From: the human T2T-CHM13v2.0 reference genome, Homo sapiens | Direction: 5' to 3' (one strand) | DNA length: 64,000 nt | Assembly: GCF_009914755.1 (NCBI RefSeq) | Contig: NC_060937.1 | In this document: positions 30,891 through 44,735 of the stretch, piece after piece | How positions within the stretch are numbered: position 1 is the stretch's first letter | How the letters are laid out: each line of letters opens with the position of its first letter | Translations under genes and position numbers: made by a program | Notes under the pieces: generated by a model | Databases searched by the model: none | What the model saw: only the letters and a program-made list of their open reading frames with translations | What the model was told of the DNA's origin: nothing

Positions 30891-31226
30891 TGCTATGATC
30901 TAATGTTTATATCCCCCAAAATTTATATGCTAGAACTTAATTCCCAGTATGATAGTGTTAGAAGATGGGGCTTTTAGGAGGTGATTTGATCACGATGTTA
31001 GTTCTCTTATAAAATAGACTCCAGAGAGCCAGCTAGCCCCTTCCACTCTGTGAAGATACTGCTAGAAGATACCACCTATGAAGAGGGCCTTCACCAGACA
31101 CCAATCTGCTGATGACTTGAACATGAACTTCCCAGCTTCCAGAACTATAAGAAATAAATTTTTGTCGTTTTTAAGTTACCCAGTCTAAGATATTTTTTGT
31201 TAAGGCAGCCCAAAGGGACTAAGACA
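30891..31226 (+). mobile_element. MaLR solo LTR (MLT1A-like) nested in L1
   Basis: tgctatg...gactaagaca termini; 5-bp TSD ccagg/ccaag. Confidence 0.9.
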
Positions 31227-31489
31227 CCAAGCTTCAATTTAATATCACCCATTATAGTATGAACCAGGAAGATCTCAAACTGAATTTAAAAACACAACAG
31301 AAACTAACACTGAGCTGATACAGATAATAGAATTTACATGACAAAAATTAAAACACTCATAAAAAATGCATCAGTTGGTATTAAGAACCTGATTGAAACA
31401 AATGAAAGAAAAAAACAGAAGGCCTTAATAAATAGGGATATAGGGATGAATCAAATGGCCATTTTAGAACTGAAAGCTACAGTAGCTAA

Positions 31490-31567
31490 ATATATATATA
31501 TAATGTGTATATTATATATACAAACACATGTGTACACATACGTGTGTGCTTGTGTGTGTGTGTGTGT
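31490..31567. repeat. (TA)n/(TG)n compound microsatellite
   Basis: Read directly from the sequence. Confidence 0.85.
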
Positions 31568-34500
31568 AAACCTTAATGGATGGGTTCAACAGCAGGATGG
31601 AGAGGACAAGAGTACATAGGAAAGCATCAGTCAAACTTGAGTGGCACAATAGGAATTACCTAATCTGAACAACAAAGAAATAATAAACTGAGAGAAAAAT
31701 GAACAGAGCCTCAGGGACATGTTGTAGTATAAGAAAAGATTTAGCATTTGTGTCATCAGAGTCCTAGAGAAGAGAAGGAGAGAAGGGGAGACAAAGGTGA
31801 AAAGTATTCAAGTAAATAATAGCTGAAAATGTCCCAAATTTGGGCAAAACCATAATTCTAAACAACTTGCTGGTTCCCTGAAAGATTACATATCTTACTG
31901 TAAAATAGGGATCTAAGGGTATGAAGGAGGAAATAGACATTCATAAATTCTGTATAATGTTATAGGTTTTTTTAAAGACTTGAAAAAGTGAATAGAGAGG
32001 ATATTAATTCAGGAAGAGAGGAAAAAATGTTACAGGGATGAAGCAATGTGAATCTGATCTTAAAGAACAAGACAACTAGAAATCAACTATATCCAAACTC
32101 TAGTAGTTAATCAAATCCATAGAAGAAATTGAAACTTGTTTCTTTAATAGAAAGTACTGAACTTCAGTAAAACAGCAGGGTCCATGACATTTACCTTCAG
32201 GTAAAACATTAAACAAAATCTAATAATTCATTGTCTATCCACTAAATTCTATCTGATACCAAAACAAGACAAAGACATTACAATAAAGGAAAATTATAGA
32301 CCACTATCTTATGAGTATAGATAGAAAAATCCTCAACAAAATACTAACAAATAAAATCCAATAATATGTAAAAAGGATTATAAAATGTGACTAAGTGAGA
32401 ATACTCCAGAAATGCAAAAATTGTTCCATGGTGGTACATGGTAGTATGCCATATTAATAGAATAAAACATGAAAACCACATAATCATTTTAATGTAAGCA
32501 GACAAAAATGTTTGACAAAAATCTAATACTTTTTTATTTTTAAAACCCTTGGCAAACTGGAAAGAAAAAAATATCCTCTACCTGATAAAGTATATCTACA
32601 AAACCCCACAGCTAAATTATTTAATGGAGAAAGAATGGATATTTTCCTCCTAAGATCAAGAACAAGAATGCCTGCTGTAGCCACTTCTATAACAGAGTAC
32701 TTGAGGTTCTAGCCACAATTAGACAACAACAACAAAAAAGTTATCCAGATTGGAAAAAAAGAAATAAAAGTATTTCTATTTGTGAATAACATAACCTTTT
32801 ATGTAGAAAATCCAAATGATCTACTCAAATATTTTTAGAACTAATACATGTGTTCGGCCATGAGGAAAACACATGATCATAAACAATTCACTGTATTTCT
32901 ATATATTATAATGAATAATCCAAAAATAAATTTAAGAAACAATCCTATTTACAGTAACAAAGAAATAAAATAAGATACACCTAACAAAATAAGTGTAAGA
33001 TTTCCACACCTAAAACTATAAAACAATGTTGAATGAAATTAAAGAATATGTAAATAAATGCAAATATGTCCCATTTTAATGGATTTAATGACATCACATT
33101 GTTAAGATGGCAGTACTCTTCAAATTGATACACAGATTGAACACAACTAAATTTTTAGGGATTTTAATTCACTATTAAAATTCCAGCTATATTTTTTGCA
33201 GAAATCCACATGCTGTTTCTAAAATTAATGTGGAATTGGAGTAACTCAGAAAAGCTAAAACACTCGAGAATAAGAGCAATGTTGGAAGACTCATACTTTC
33301 TGATTTCAAAACCTACTACAAATTTAATTAGTCAAGACTGTGTGATATTTGCATAAGGATTGACGTGCAAATCAACAAACTAGAATTAAAGATTCAGAAA
33401 TAAATCCTCATATTTGTGGCCAACTAATATTTTGACAAGGTATCTGTACAATTCAACTGGAGAAAAACAGTCTTTCTACAAATGGCTCTAGAACAACTGG
33501 ATATCCACATGTAAAATAATGAAATTAAACCCATAATTCACACTATAAAAATTAACATGTTTAGTTGACATAATGTTACAATAAATGTAAGCACTAAACC
33601 CATTAAATTCCTGAAAGAATACATAAAAGTAAATATTTGTGGACTGGAGTTTGTTTTCTTAGTTACAATAAAAAATAGCGTAAACTGCCAAACAAAAATT
33701 AATACGTTGGATTTAATCAAAGTTAAAAACATTTGTCTGTCAAAAGACACCATGAAGTTCAAGAACAAACCTACAGAATAGAAGAAAATCTTTACAAATA
33801 TAAGTTTCAATTTGTAATCTTTACAAACTCAAGTTTCTGATGAGAAACTTGAATGCAGTATATTATATAAAGAACTTCTACAAGGCAACAACAAAAAGAC
33901 AACCCAATGAGAGAATGGGCAAAAATTTTAAGAAGCCAATTCTCTAAAGGAAAACAAATGGTCAACAAATACACGGAAAGATGTTCATCATCATTAGTCA
34001 GTAGGAAAATGAAAATTAAAATCACCAATGAGATACCACTTCACAACTACTAGGATGACAAATGTTATAAAGATAAAAATATTGTGTTGATGTGAATGTG
34101 AATAAATTGGAAGTCTCATACAATGTTGGTGGAGATGTAAAATGGCACAGTCATTTTTTAAAGCAGTGTGGCACTGCCTCAACATTTTAAACATAGAATT
34201 ACCATATAAGCCACCAATTCTAATCCTAGGTATATTTCTAAAAGAATTGAAAACAAATGTTCACACAAAAATTTGGGCACGCACAAATTTTCATAGCAGT
34301 ATTATTCATAATAGCCAAAGTATGAAACAATCTAAATGTTCTTCAACTGGTGAATAAATATATGCAGTAGGGCCGTACAATAATATGGAATATTATCTAG
34401 CAATAATATATTGCTATAACCTTCAGCAAGAAAGAAGTACTGATAATAATTACTAGAACATGAATAAACCTTGGAAATACTATGCTAACTAAAAGAAGCC

Positions 34501-36402
34501 AGCCAAAAAATTCTACATGTTGTATGATTTCATGAAACATGCATAATAGCAACCCCATAGGGGCATTCTGGTTAATAATAACACATAAAAGGTATTATTG
34601 TATTAATAACACATCTACTTCATGGGGATACTGCACTATGAAATATAATCTCAATGCAAGCTGTTTATGGAAAAGAAGAATGGCAATGATTTATAAAAAT
34701 TCAATGCCAATTAACTGAGTAACTAGAAAATTACTTCGGAGACCTATTTTGTCAATTATGCAATTTTCCATAGCCTAAATATATAATAGAGGTTCAGTAG
34801 AGATAGCCTGAGATATAGGAAATAAATACTCTGGATTAACACATATAATTAGAATGTAAGAGAAAATGTAAAAATATATATATAAATTTAAAAATACTGC
34901 ATGCTATTTTAGTCTGTTTTGTATATGTACTTCCTCTCATTGTCCAGAGAAGCATTTCACACTGTGTTGCTTAAGGTTGACAACGGTATTTGTCAATGTT
35001 GTTTGCCATACCTGTTCTAATAGCTATTCAGTTTTCAAGTAGGAAGGCAGTGAGAAGGCTAAATTGATTACTCTAGTTCAATGTTTTGATATAATCAAAT
35101 CTATAATTTTTAATGGTGATAATAGGATTTCCTAATTTTAATAGCTACAAAGTTATAAAGTCCAAATTAATGGGAAAATAGTATAGAAATGGCCACCTGG
35201 TCACAGAAAGGCAGAGACTGCTTGCTAAACTTGATGTTATGTTACTTGAAGTACATTGACAGAGACAGTGCTCTTTCTCCATACAAGATCTATTATTGTG
35301 ACACTATCACTTGTCCCCAAATATACACTCTCAAATTAGTTTTCAAATTGTTTCCCTCAAAGTTTTGGCTGAAAATGACAAGTTCTTTGTCTTTTCTTTT
35401 TTAACATCCCTTCCGGTACCTTTATGTGTTAAAATCCTAATCTGTACAAATAAAATATTTACATTTGTAACTTATTTCCCCCTATATTAATTCAAAGTAA
35501 TGGAAGTAGAATATTTGTTTCAGTTGTAACTTCAATTATTTTCCATTTACCAGAGGGAATTATGGGATCATTTGGGTACTTTATTGTTGGTTTGGTCAAA
35601 TTTGATGCTGTCCTTTTTACTATGAAATAACTAGATGAAAAATTTATTTAGCCAGGTTTTCCCTTATTTCTGGGCCCAGAAGTATCACTCACACTCAGTC
35701 TGCTCTGATTTAAAATTGTGCTTTAAAGTTTTGCTTCTTCATTCACTGGACTCTTACGCTCTTTTATATTACCATATTTATCCTTCATCACTCATTTTAT
35801 GACACAATTTATTCTTCTTTCTTGGTTTTATTCTTTCTCATCTCCAATGATGTTATAACAATATCTTACTTGGGATTCAAAATATCCCAAGTATTTTGAC
35901 ATCCCTTGCATGTCAAAGCATTCCTTTAATTTCACTTCCTTCATCAAGCTTTGTAAATTGACCAGCTTGGTTCCAAGTAAAAGCTTTCAGGGAAGAAGAT
36001 TCTGGCTCTATGTCTATCTTGAACATCTTGAAAGAAATCAGCAATTACAAAACAAAACCAGAATGGTTTTGATGATTATGATAGTTGTCCTTATTTTCAT
36101 TTAAAATGTATTATTTTTAAAGATGTCTAGATACATCTAATTGGCATAATACTATAACATGCATTCCTTAGACACTTTGACAAGTGTGTTATATGAGAGA
36201 AGTACAGAAAAAAGAAGAGAGAATAATTTTCTCCAAAGAGAAGTGTGATATGATACTGTAGGTTATCTGTGCACTAAAGAGCAATTTTTAGAATTTTCAT
36301 TGAAAGGAAATGTCATAACCTATAGCCCATTCTTATCTGCTCTAATAAAAAAGGCAATGAATGGCACATCTCTTTGATATCTCTTATAAATTTTAAACAT
36401 AG

Positions 36403-36441
36403 CAAAATCACATACTATTATTGCTATAAAAATTCCATGAG
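36403..36441 (+). pseudogene. Candidate 39-nt symmetric exon
   Basis: Acceptor ttttaaacatag (weak); donor GAG|gtaaga. Open in phase 2-2: KITYYYCYKNSM. Confidence 0.22.
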
Positions 36442-37528
36442 GTAAGAAAGCCAGAAATATCAGTTCAGGCAACCATATACTCAGTATATTTTTGGGACTT
36501 TAAAATTTTATTTTACACGATTTTTCAAAAATAATGTTTAATTGTGGACATCTCTTCTGGGCTTACTTATTCTCCAATTTTATTTGTTTTGGCAAATACC
36601 TCATAAGTAGCTTGGTTGGCATGGCGCTATACAAATAAAAAGTAGCATTACCATTATCATTGTGATGATTACTATTATTTTTGATTGGCATTTATACGTT
36701 TCAAGCTCAGAAAACATGCATCTATCTATAAGTGTTTGTTAATGCTTTTGACGTGGTATCTAGACATTTGAGCAAGATACCATTTTAATAAAACATTATA
36801 CAAGAAGGAAGAATAGCCTTCTAAATCTCAGCATGAGATGATGTTAAAGGTTATCTATGAGCTCAGGAATGAGTTTTAGAGGTTTCCTTGAATAGGGATG
36901 TCATAACCTATAGATCAAATAGAAGAAAGTGAGGGCTAAGAAGTGTAAATAGAATGTAAATTAGTATTAAAAATTGCATTGTGCTTTGTAAAGGTTTAGT
37001 GCCAAGTTTCAACATAAAATTCAATTAGCATTTTGAATTAAATATCCAATTGAATGTGATTTATTTAAAACTAAGCACTAGGCTGCTTCAATCTGTACAG
37101 AATTACAATGCAAATAATAAATAAATGAAATGGTTATATCTTTTAGTTCAGTGCAGACATCTTACTATATGCAATGGATATATTGCAGAAAATTATATAT
37201 TACACTCAGCAAACCAAGTTTTACTTTTGAAAACAGCAGATTAAAAACTTTAAAGCTTTAAAAAAAAGGCTTTGGTAAATATTTTACTAAAATTATTTAT
37301 TTTGCAAATACAAATATTTTCATTTTTATTTTTATATGTTTGCTATCTTAAATAGTTCACAAAACTTTAACATTATGAAAGATAATTATTACTATAAAGC
37401 TAGGCAATAAAAAATGTTCATTTATTTAGCCTTTCAACAAATATTCATGGCTCAGTGACAATCTGTGTCTTGGTTAGTATGCAGTGTTCTCAGACAAAAT
37501 AATGAAGGATGACTAAAACTCTCCTTAG

Positions 37529-37619
37529 GAACTTGGAAGTTCAGAAAAAAAGGGAAATAACCGTATCACGTGTATTTGGACCACATCGTACTATTAATTG
37601 CTTTTCATGATTTTCACTG
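37529..37619 (+). pseudogene. Candidate 91-nt exon, all frames interrupted
   Basis: Acceptor ctaaaactctccttag; donor CTG|gtaaga. Three CpGs in otherwise CpG-poor DNA. Confidence 0.3.
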
Positions 37620-39439
37620 GTAAGAAAAAGCAAGAGAGTCATGATATTTTAAACTTTCTGTTTTATATTGAAAGTACCCTAAGCCTGACTCAAATTGCTT
37701 CAAGTTGGCAAAATGAAATCTTCCTACTTGCTTTAGCAACCTCAACTAAACCTGGTCTCAGGGATTTCATTTTGATTTGACATTTGGAATTAATATGTCA
37801 GATTTTGTGGTTGTCACTTGGGTGACAACTCAAGAATAGATGTTAAGAAGATTAAGTTTAGGGCTCATAGTGGTAGAATGAAGGTTGAGATTGGCTTAAG
37901 AATCTGATCACTGTATATTGATCCTATCTTGTCTATGAAGTTTATTTTACATGACCAACACATATCACAGACCTATCTTTTCTCCAATTTCCTGTAGTCT
38001 GTAACTATTCTTTTCACCTGTTTTTGTCTGTTTTCTTTCTTATCAGTTAGTTCATGAGTGTCTTAAAGGCAAAATCATTTCCTCTGTGTCTCTTATATTT
38101 ACCATAACATCAGGTAGCCCTGTATCTTATGTAAAAACTCATGGATTCATGATTTTGTGTCTTAATGGAAATTGCATTAAGTGAAAAGTAATTGAAAATT
38201 CTTCAGAGTTTTGCATACTTTTGGAATTATGATAGGTGCGACCTGTTGATGGAGAGACACATAGAAGAGATGCCTATTTAGCCATTTTTTTTGCCTCTCA
38301 GAGAGCACACTCAATGCCTTGTACATAGTAATATATGTTAAATTCCTTATTCTGATAAGAAAAAACATATATATATATATAAAATCTGACGTTATGGAAC
38401 AATCTATCTCTGCCATATACGCGAGTGTATAGGAACTCACCATACATAGAATTTTGCTTAATTTACAAGGCGGAACATGGGGAGAGAAAGAGGGTTGGTG
38501 GGAAGAAATTGTGCTAAGCTTCTTTTAGTCTCCAGACATCAAAGGTTTTCACATTCCCTCCAAGGTCATTTTACTTCAGTGAATTGTGGCTTGCACATTA
38601 TTCTTCCTATCTTCTTCCCAGGGTGTTGTAAGAATTAATGAGATACTCAGCCCAAATCACATATTTCTCCACACCTCTGTGGATCTCCTCCACACCCCAA
38701 GGAGTACTTCATAGGCATCCTTTACTGGAATTTCAGTATGCTCAATTAAGGAAAATTTAATTAAAAATTTATTTCAAAAATAACATCAAACTCCCCAATG
38801 CTCTCAAACTTACAAGCGTTCCTCTCTGTAAAACACATATTAATTAGGAATCCCAGCTACATTTGGTGGTCTTTGGATGTCTTGAACTATTTAACCAAGC
38901 ACTTCCCCCTCTAATTTAAAAAAACATAAAACACAAATGTAACTAGGGGAAATGCTCTACAAAATTAATATGCATCTTGCACCCTACTCATTGCTTCTGT
39001 ACATGGAGTTCTCGTTGCAATTAGTTGGAACTCTGAACACTGATGAAACGAGGCGGTGCAGAGGGGAATGCCAATCTGGCCCTTCACCTCTACTTTTCTG
39101 ATTAATTTAAACTTAAATCATCAGGATTCAACTTTTAAGGATCAGTTGACTGTTTCAAGATAGCTCTTTCTGTGTTTTATAGCTATTCAAAGTCCCACCC
39201 CCGCCAATAGATTATCGAACACTTAAAAAAAGGAAAAAATATATATTTAAAAAGAAGGAAATAAGAGAGACAGGGGAGGGAGAGCAAGAAGTAAAAGCGA
39301 AGCAACCAAGTTTTAATTTGTACCCTAAAGTGTTGAATTAATTTGCCAACTCCTGAATCAAATGGTTTGTGTGTTGTAGTAGAGATTGTACTGTCTCTGT
39401 GGTTAAAAAAAAAAAAAATCTTTGTTCTACTCTCAACAA

Positions 39440-39560
39440 TTGGCTCCATTACAATCATACTACGTGGCTTTGGGCAAATCACTTCTGTGCTCCTCAGATT
39501 TCTCATCTTTATAGAGAGGAACTAGATAATCCCTGGGGCCTCTTCAAGCACTAATTTCTA
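39440..39560 (+). mobile_element. MIR
   Basis: gtggctttgggcaaatcacttctgtgctcctcagatttctcatctttata MIR core. Confidence 0.7.
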
Positions 39561-42500
39561 CGTGCCTGTGTTACATACCCATTGTCCACACCACGAACTG
39601 GCCCTATGTCACAGAAATCATATTTTATACCTTCACATTTTCTGTTAAATAAGTCTGGATGGCAGGGGTTGGGATGCTCTCTTTTTATATCCACAGTTCC
39701 TGACACAAGGCTTAGGCCTTGAATATGTCTGCTAAACTATCACAGTTGAAACAGTAAAAATAAATAAATAACATTAAACTGAAGATATTATATAAATGTC
39801 ATTTTTTTTACTCAAAGCAAACATTTATATAGCTGGTATTTTTTAGCTTTATAAATTTTACATTTTAAGGAAGGCAAAAAAATTTTAAAAACCGGGAAAC
39901 ACAAGGCATACTAGTGAATCAGACAAGTTTTATTAAAAGTTCAAATCAAGAGAAATAAAATAAACTGTATTGCAAAGTCTGTGAGAAGAGAGGGAAATTT
40001 TATAAAAGAAAACTGGTCCACAATGGCTTCTGTCCCCAACTGCAGACTACATATATAGTTTGTGTTTAATGGTCCACGAGTGGCAAATTATCATTTTTCA
40101 TTTGTTTTTATTTCTTCTTAGTAATTGGAAAGATAATATAACTGCATCAGAAATAACATTTATGACTTCTAACAATAAGGATCTAACAGAAAGCAACTAT
40201 TTTGAGACTTAATATCCATGTGTGGTTCTAAAAATGAGTTAATTACTAAATAAAGCTTCGTGATGAAATATCAAATTTAGTTGTTTTGGAGAGATATTAT
40301 CTCCTGCCATGTCAGGCGCATTAATTTTGGCTGCCACATTATTCTGCCCTTCCAGCTTCTTTCTGTTAATTTTATACATGGCAATTAATGCAAAGTAACT
40401 TACCTAACACATAGATCTGTTTCACATTATTTTCTTAACTCTCCAATACCTACATGGTTTTCCAATCCTTTATTCTCTGGTTACTCTATTTCTTATATTC
40501 AAAAAAGCTTCATTTATTTTCCTGTTTCTATCTTATTTATGTTCACCTTCTTCCTCCAACTAAATCAATTTATTCTCTATCTTACTGTTTCTATCTGGCA
40601 TCCAATAGTCACAGATTTGATCTTAACAAAAAATAGAGAATCAGCTTTGCAAGTCTGGTTAAAGAGTCATTCTCAATCTGCTATTGGCTCCTATTACATG
40701 CCATTTGGAGAGAAGTTATATCTTAAAAAGATCATTTAAAGTACAGGCTAAATCCTATTACTATATGAAGCCAGGTAACCACATTTATATACTGGATCAT
40801 ATCACATCAATTTAGCCTCTCACAAATCGCTTTTTCTGAATTGAGTTCCAATGTCTGTCTTTTTACTTTCATTTAAGGATGTTAGAAGAAAAGGATGTTG
40901 ACAGCTGCAGCAGTTAAAACCCTCTAAATACATTTCCTTCTGGGAGACAGAAAAAAAAAGGGGAAAATAATTGCTTACCCTCAGGAATTGGTATTTTCTT
41001 TTTTTTTTTTTCTTTGTTCTTTTTTTTCTTTGACGGCTAAGAAACTCAACATTAAATTGTATATTTAAGTTCTAACAACTGGTATCAAAACAAGATAAGT
41101 GATGTAAGTCTAAAAGCAGCCTGCAGTTTCAAATGTTTCCGATTTCTATTATTGACCTTTATTATTGTGACTTCTAGATTCACACATGTGTGTCAGTGTG
41201 CTGCATTCAAAGTCTGAGGAAATATACAATATAGTTGTTTTACAGGGATGTCTCCTGCTTTGTGAGAAAGAGATTCTTCTCAAACAAAATAATTAACCAG
41301 TACTGACTAGATATAAAACATATATGCATTAACATGCATGACATGTGATCCCACTGTACATTATAAAATTGACTCTATTTTGAAGATATGCAAGCTGTTA
41401 TTTTACATGAAACTCATAAATTTAGAATTATATCCCATCATAATAAAATATTCAATTGAGTTTTTAATGGTGAATTAATAGGTTTTATTTAAATCACAGA
41501 AAAACCCAATATGTAGAATTTCTCAATTGAATTTCAAAATTATGTTATTATTGTGAATAAATTTAACTGTATTAAATTGCAGTGGAAATGTATTCCAATA
41601 AGGAGCTTTATGAGGACGTTATACAAGAGCTTGAGATTCCCTTTGACAAATATCTTTATCAGCATTCCAGATTATGATTGCAATGAGATTAATGTGGACT
41701 TTAGTTTTCTACTTTTATGGAGTCAATATGCTTGCATTTTAGGCAACTTTCTTTCAAATAGCTCAAGTCATGTTGATCTAATGCCTTCAACGTTAGTGAA
41801 AAAATAGCTTTCAGAAGAGAAAACTGTAGATATTCTTTATTTATAATTTTAAATCTCTATGAGTAATGTAAGAGAAAATCATTGACCTTGGGAACTGTTA
41901 TTATTTTACTGTTAAGTGTTATTAATATTACCGCAACCAGGAACATCACGGATTATACACAGCTTCTTTCTTTAACAGCATTAGATTTTATTGCCAGAAA
42001 ATGAATGGCCAGGGGACTCTCAGTTTTCTCTGTTACAATGATTCATACATCAATCTCATCTTGATTTCTTTAACCTTATTTCGTAAATCTTGATAAAAGT
42101 GCAGGCAGAAGGTGAACAGCCAATTACCAGCCTGTTTGTTTCACAAATAAAGAGCAGCCTTGTGGGAAACGTAAATGAGGATGAGAAGTTAATATGATAG
42201 TTCTGGCCATTACATTGGCTTAACAGTTTATATAGTGAGTCCACTTCCTGTTATGGCCAATGTCAGAAGATTGGCATAGTTCTCATTTATATTCAAGCCA
42301 AGTGCTGCAAAACACTAAATGTTCAAAAAGAAGTTCATTGGGAATATTCTGGAATGTCATAAAATAATATATAGAAAAATATTTAAAAGGCCATGGAAAC
42401 TGAATTTCTCTGTTTCCTCCAGCTCAGGAGCTAGAGTATCTAACAACAAAGGAGTATTAGAGACAATCATAAATTTGCAGTCATTTTATTTAAATTAAGC

Positions 42501-44699
42501 ATCTTCACACTTCAGTTGTTTATTATTTGTAATATAGTCCCTGTGGTAACATCTCACAAAAATTCGTGACACAGTGAGACTGCTGCTCTGGAGGCAATTT
42601 AGAGTGAATGACTACTATTCTCTTGAAGGGCTTTCTCAACTTTCAACCGTGCAAATAGTTTATTAAGCATCTCTTACCCTGTATCTTTCCCAGCAAAATA
42701 TCTGTTACTCCCCAAGACCCCTAGGTGCAAGAAAGCAGTCTATTAGGATATGTATATTTGGCTGGTCGTTCCCCCTCGAATGCTCTCTCTTATTCAGGGA
42801 TCAAGCATAGTATGAAATAAAAAGTATAATCATTTTTTAAATATTGTAGTGGGGAATATAAACAGGAAATGATCCAATTTACTATATCTGTATCCATCAT
42901 TTGTAATTTTAGCATAGTTTTTTCAGAATACAGTGAGTAATTTCTAGTTACCTCTCAATCAGATTCTGGTCTCAGAATTATACAGTATGACTCCTGGCAA
43001 TATACTGATTTTTCTTATGCTTTGAGTTAAGTGGCAAATACACAGATATGAATTTAACCCAAGCCAGGCTATAGAAATAGAATGCTAACTCTTATTAACT
43101 GGTACAAATTTGAAAAAAAAAAAAAACAACAGCTCTATGCTTCATAAAGTCAATCTGTTGAATTCACTATCATGGCAGGTCACTGAGCCCAATACCATGG
43201 CTGTATAGTTTTATGGCTCTTAATATTTGTTGTATGCAAACCATAGACAATGACATAGGAAACCAAACTTATGCTTCAATGCATATATGCGTATTCTTTG
43301 TTGTTCATGAAGAATAAAAGAATACATTGAAAGCCACAACTGGCTGCCAAAAGAAGGAATTAAAAAATAATTTTCATGGATCTAATTTTAGTTGATTTTC
43401 TAAGAAAAATAATGTATCATAATTTTTCTGTATTATAATGCCTCTCTTTATTTTTAAAAATAAATGTTAATATATGCTAGTTAAGGAATGGATTGATCTG
43501 TGAAAAAAAATTATACAAAAAGAGAAGTTTCATTTTGATATCTTTAGCCATTTTTTGCCTTTTCTGTCTTTACCTAGGAAGGTTCTCTGCAGGGTGGAAA
43601 ACATCTTATCAACTAAAGTTTTAAAAGAAAATCATGTTAGATATAATTACTTGATGCACTTAAACTTTTTATTATGGGAGAAACCTAATATATAATAAAA
43701 TCAAGATTAAAAATATCTTTAGGAATTTTTGAGACTTTGTAGGGAATGGTTATTTAAATAGGGACTGTGTAAAGACCTTTTAGTATGTCTTGGGGACCAC
43801 TCGATTTGGAATACATTTTCATTAGATAGATAATAGTTTACTAAACACTTCTGAGATGGAATAAAATTTAATCAAAACATTATTTTGCATGAATAATTAA
43901 AAGTCTCTTCCTTTATGTCGGAACTAGTAAGTGATAAAGCTAATTCTAGGAATCAGCTCATAAGATGGTTAAGAAGAAAGTTTGAAAAACAAAATTTCTC
44001 TTCAAAATAAAATATTATTTTCCTTATCTGTGTGTCATAGCTAGGATGAACTGTGAATTTATTGTCTACATTCTTTATAAGCTTAGACAAATGTAGATTA
44101 AAGAAAAAGCAAACCTAGATTAGAAAACCCATTGACATAGACACATCGTTCATCCTCTTGACACTTAAGGTTGGAAATTATAAGAAGTTTTAAAAAAATA
44201 GTCTGTGGGGTGTACTCATTTATAACAGAAAGAATATTTTAATGCTGTAAAAATTGATGAGGATTTTTGATTTGTCAAATTGAGCTTATTAATTGCCTTC
44301 TTGATATTATTAAAGCATTTGGTACTCAAAATAATTGGAATCATTGAAAAATAAAGATGTAAACCTGACAATTCAATCTGACTGCTAAAATTCATTTCAA
44401 TAAGTAAAATTATTCACTTAAAGTCTATAATGATACTTTCTAGTTACATAATATGTTTCCTATTTAAATAAATGAGCTACATTATTAAATATTAGTCCTT
44501 TGGATTTGGCTTAGTAATAACAAAGACTGGCAATGTCCTCCCTTGATTAAAAGTTTAAGGAATGAGTTAACTACAGAAGCTAAGAAAAAATATATTGTTT
44601 TATGGCCATCTGTAGGTATGTGTAGCTTTGGTGGTCATGTAGGGAGAACAAAAATGGACTTAATGTACACAAAAAATAATGGTTATATTTCTTTTCAGA

Positions 44700-44735
44700 A
44701 TTATCCCTGGATGCTATTATCCCTGGATGCTATTA
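44700..44735. repeat. Perfect 16-bp tandem duplication
   Basis: attatccctggatgct twice, followed by atta. Confidence 0.95.

Larger units (their letters stand above)
30130..34560 (+). mobile_element. Old L1 (L1M4/L1MB-MC-like) spanning 5' region, ORF1 and ORF2 3' part, with deletions
   Basis: ORF1-like gaacagagcctcagggac...gagtcctagaagag. ORF2-like aaaatcctcaacaaaatacta, ttgttaagatggcagtactc, tgagataccacttcaca. Confidence 0.8.

Noticed and set aside
39011-39101. CTGATGA motif suggesting a hammerhead ribozyme or C/D snoRNA
   Set aside because: There is no stem II between CUGAUGA and a separate GAAA. The C box lacks its 5' purine, and there is no terminal stem around the downstream CTGA.
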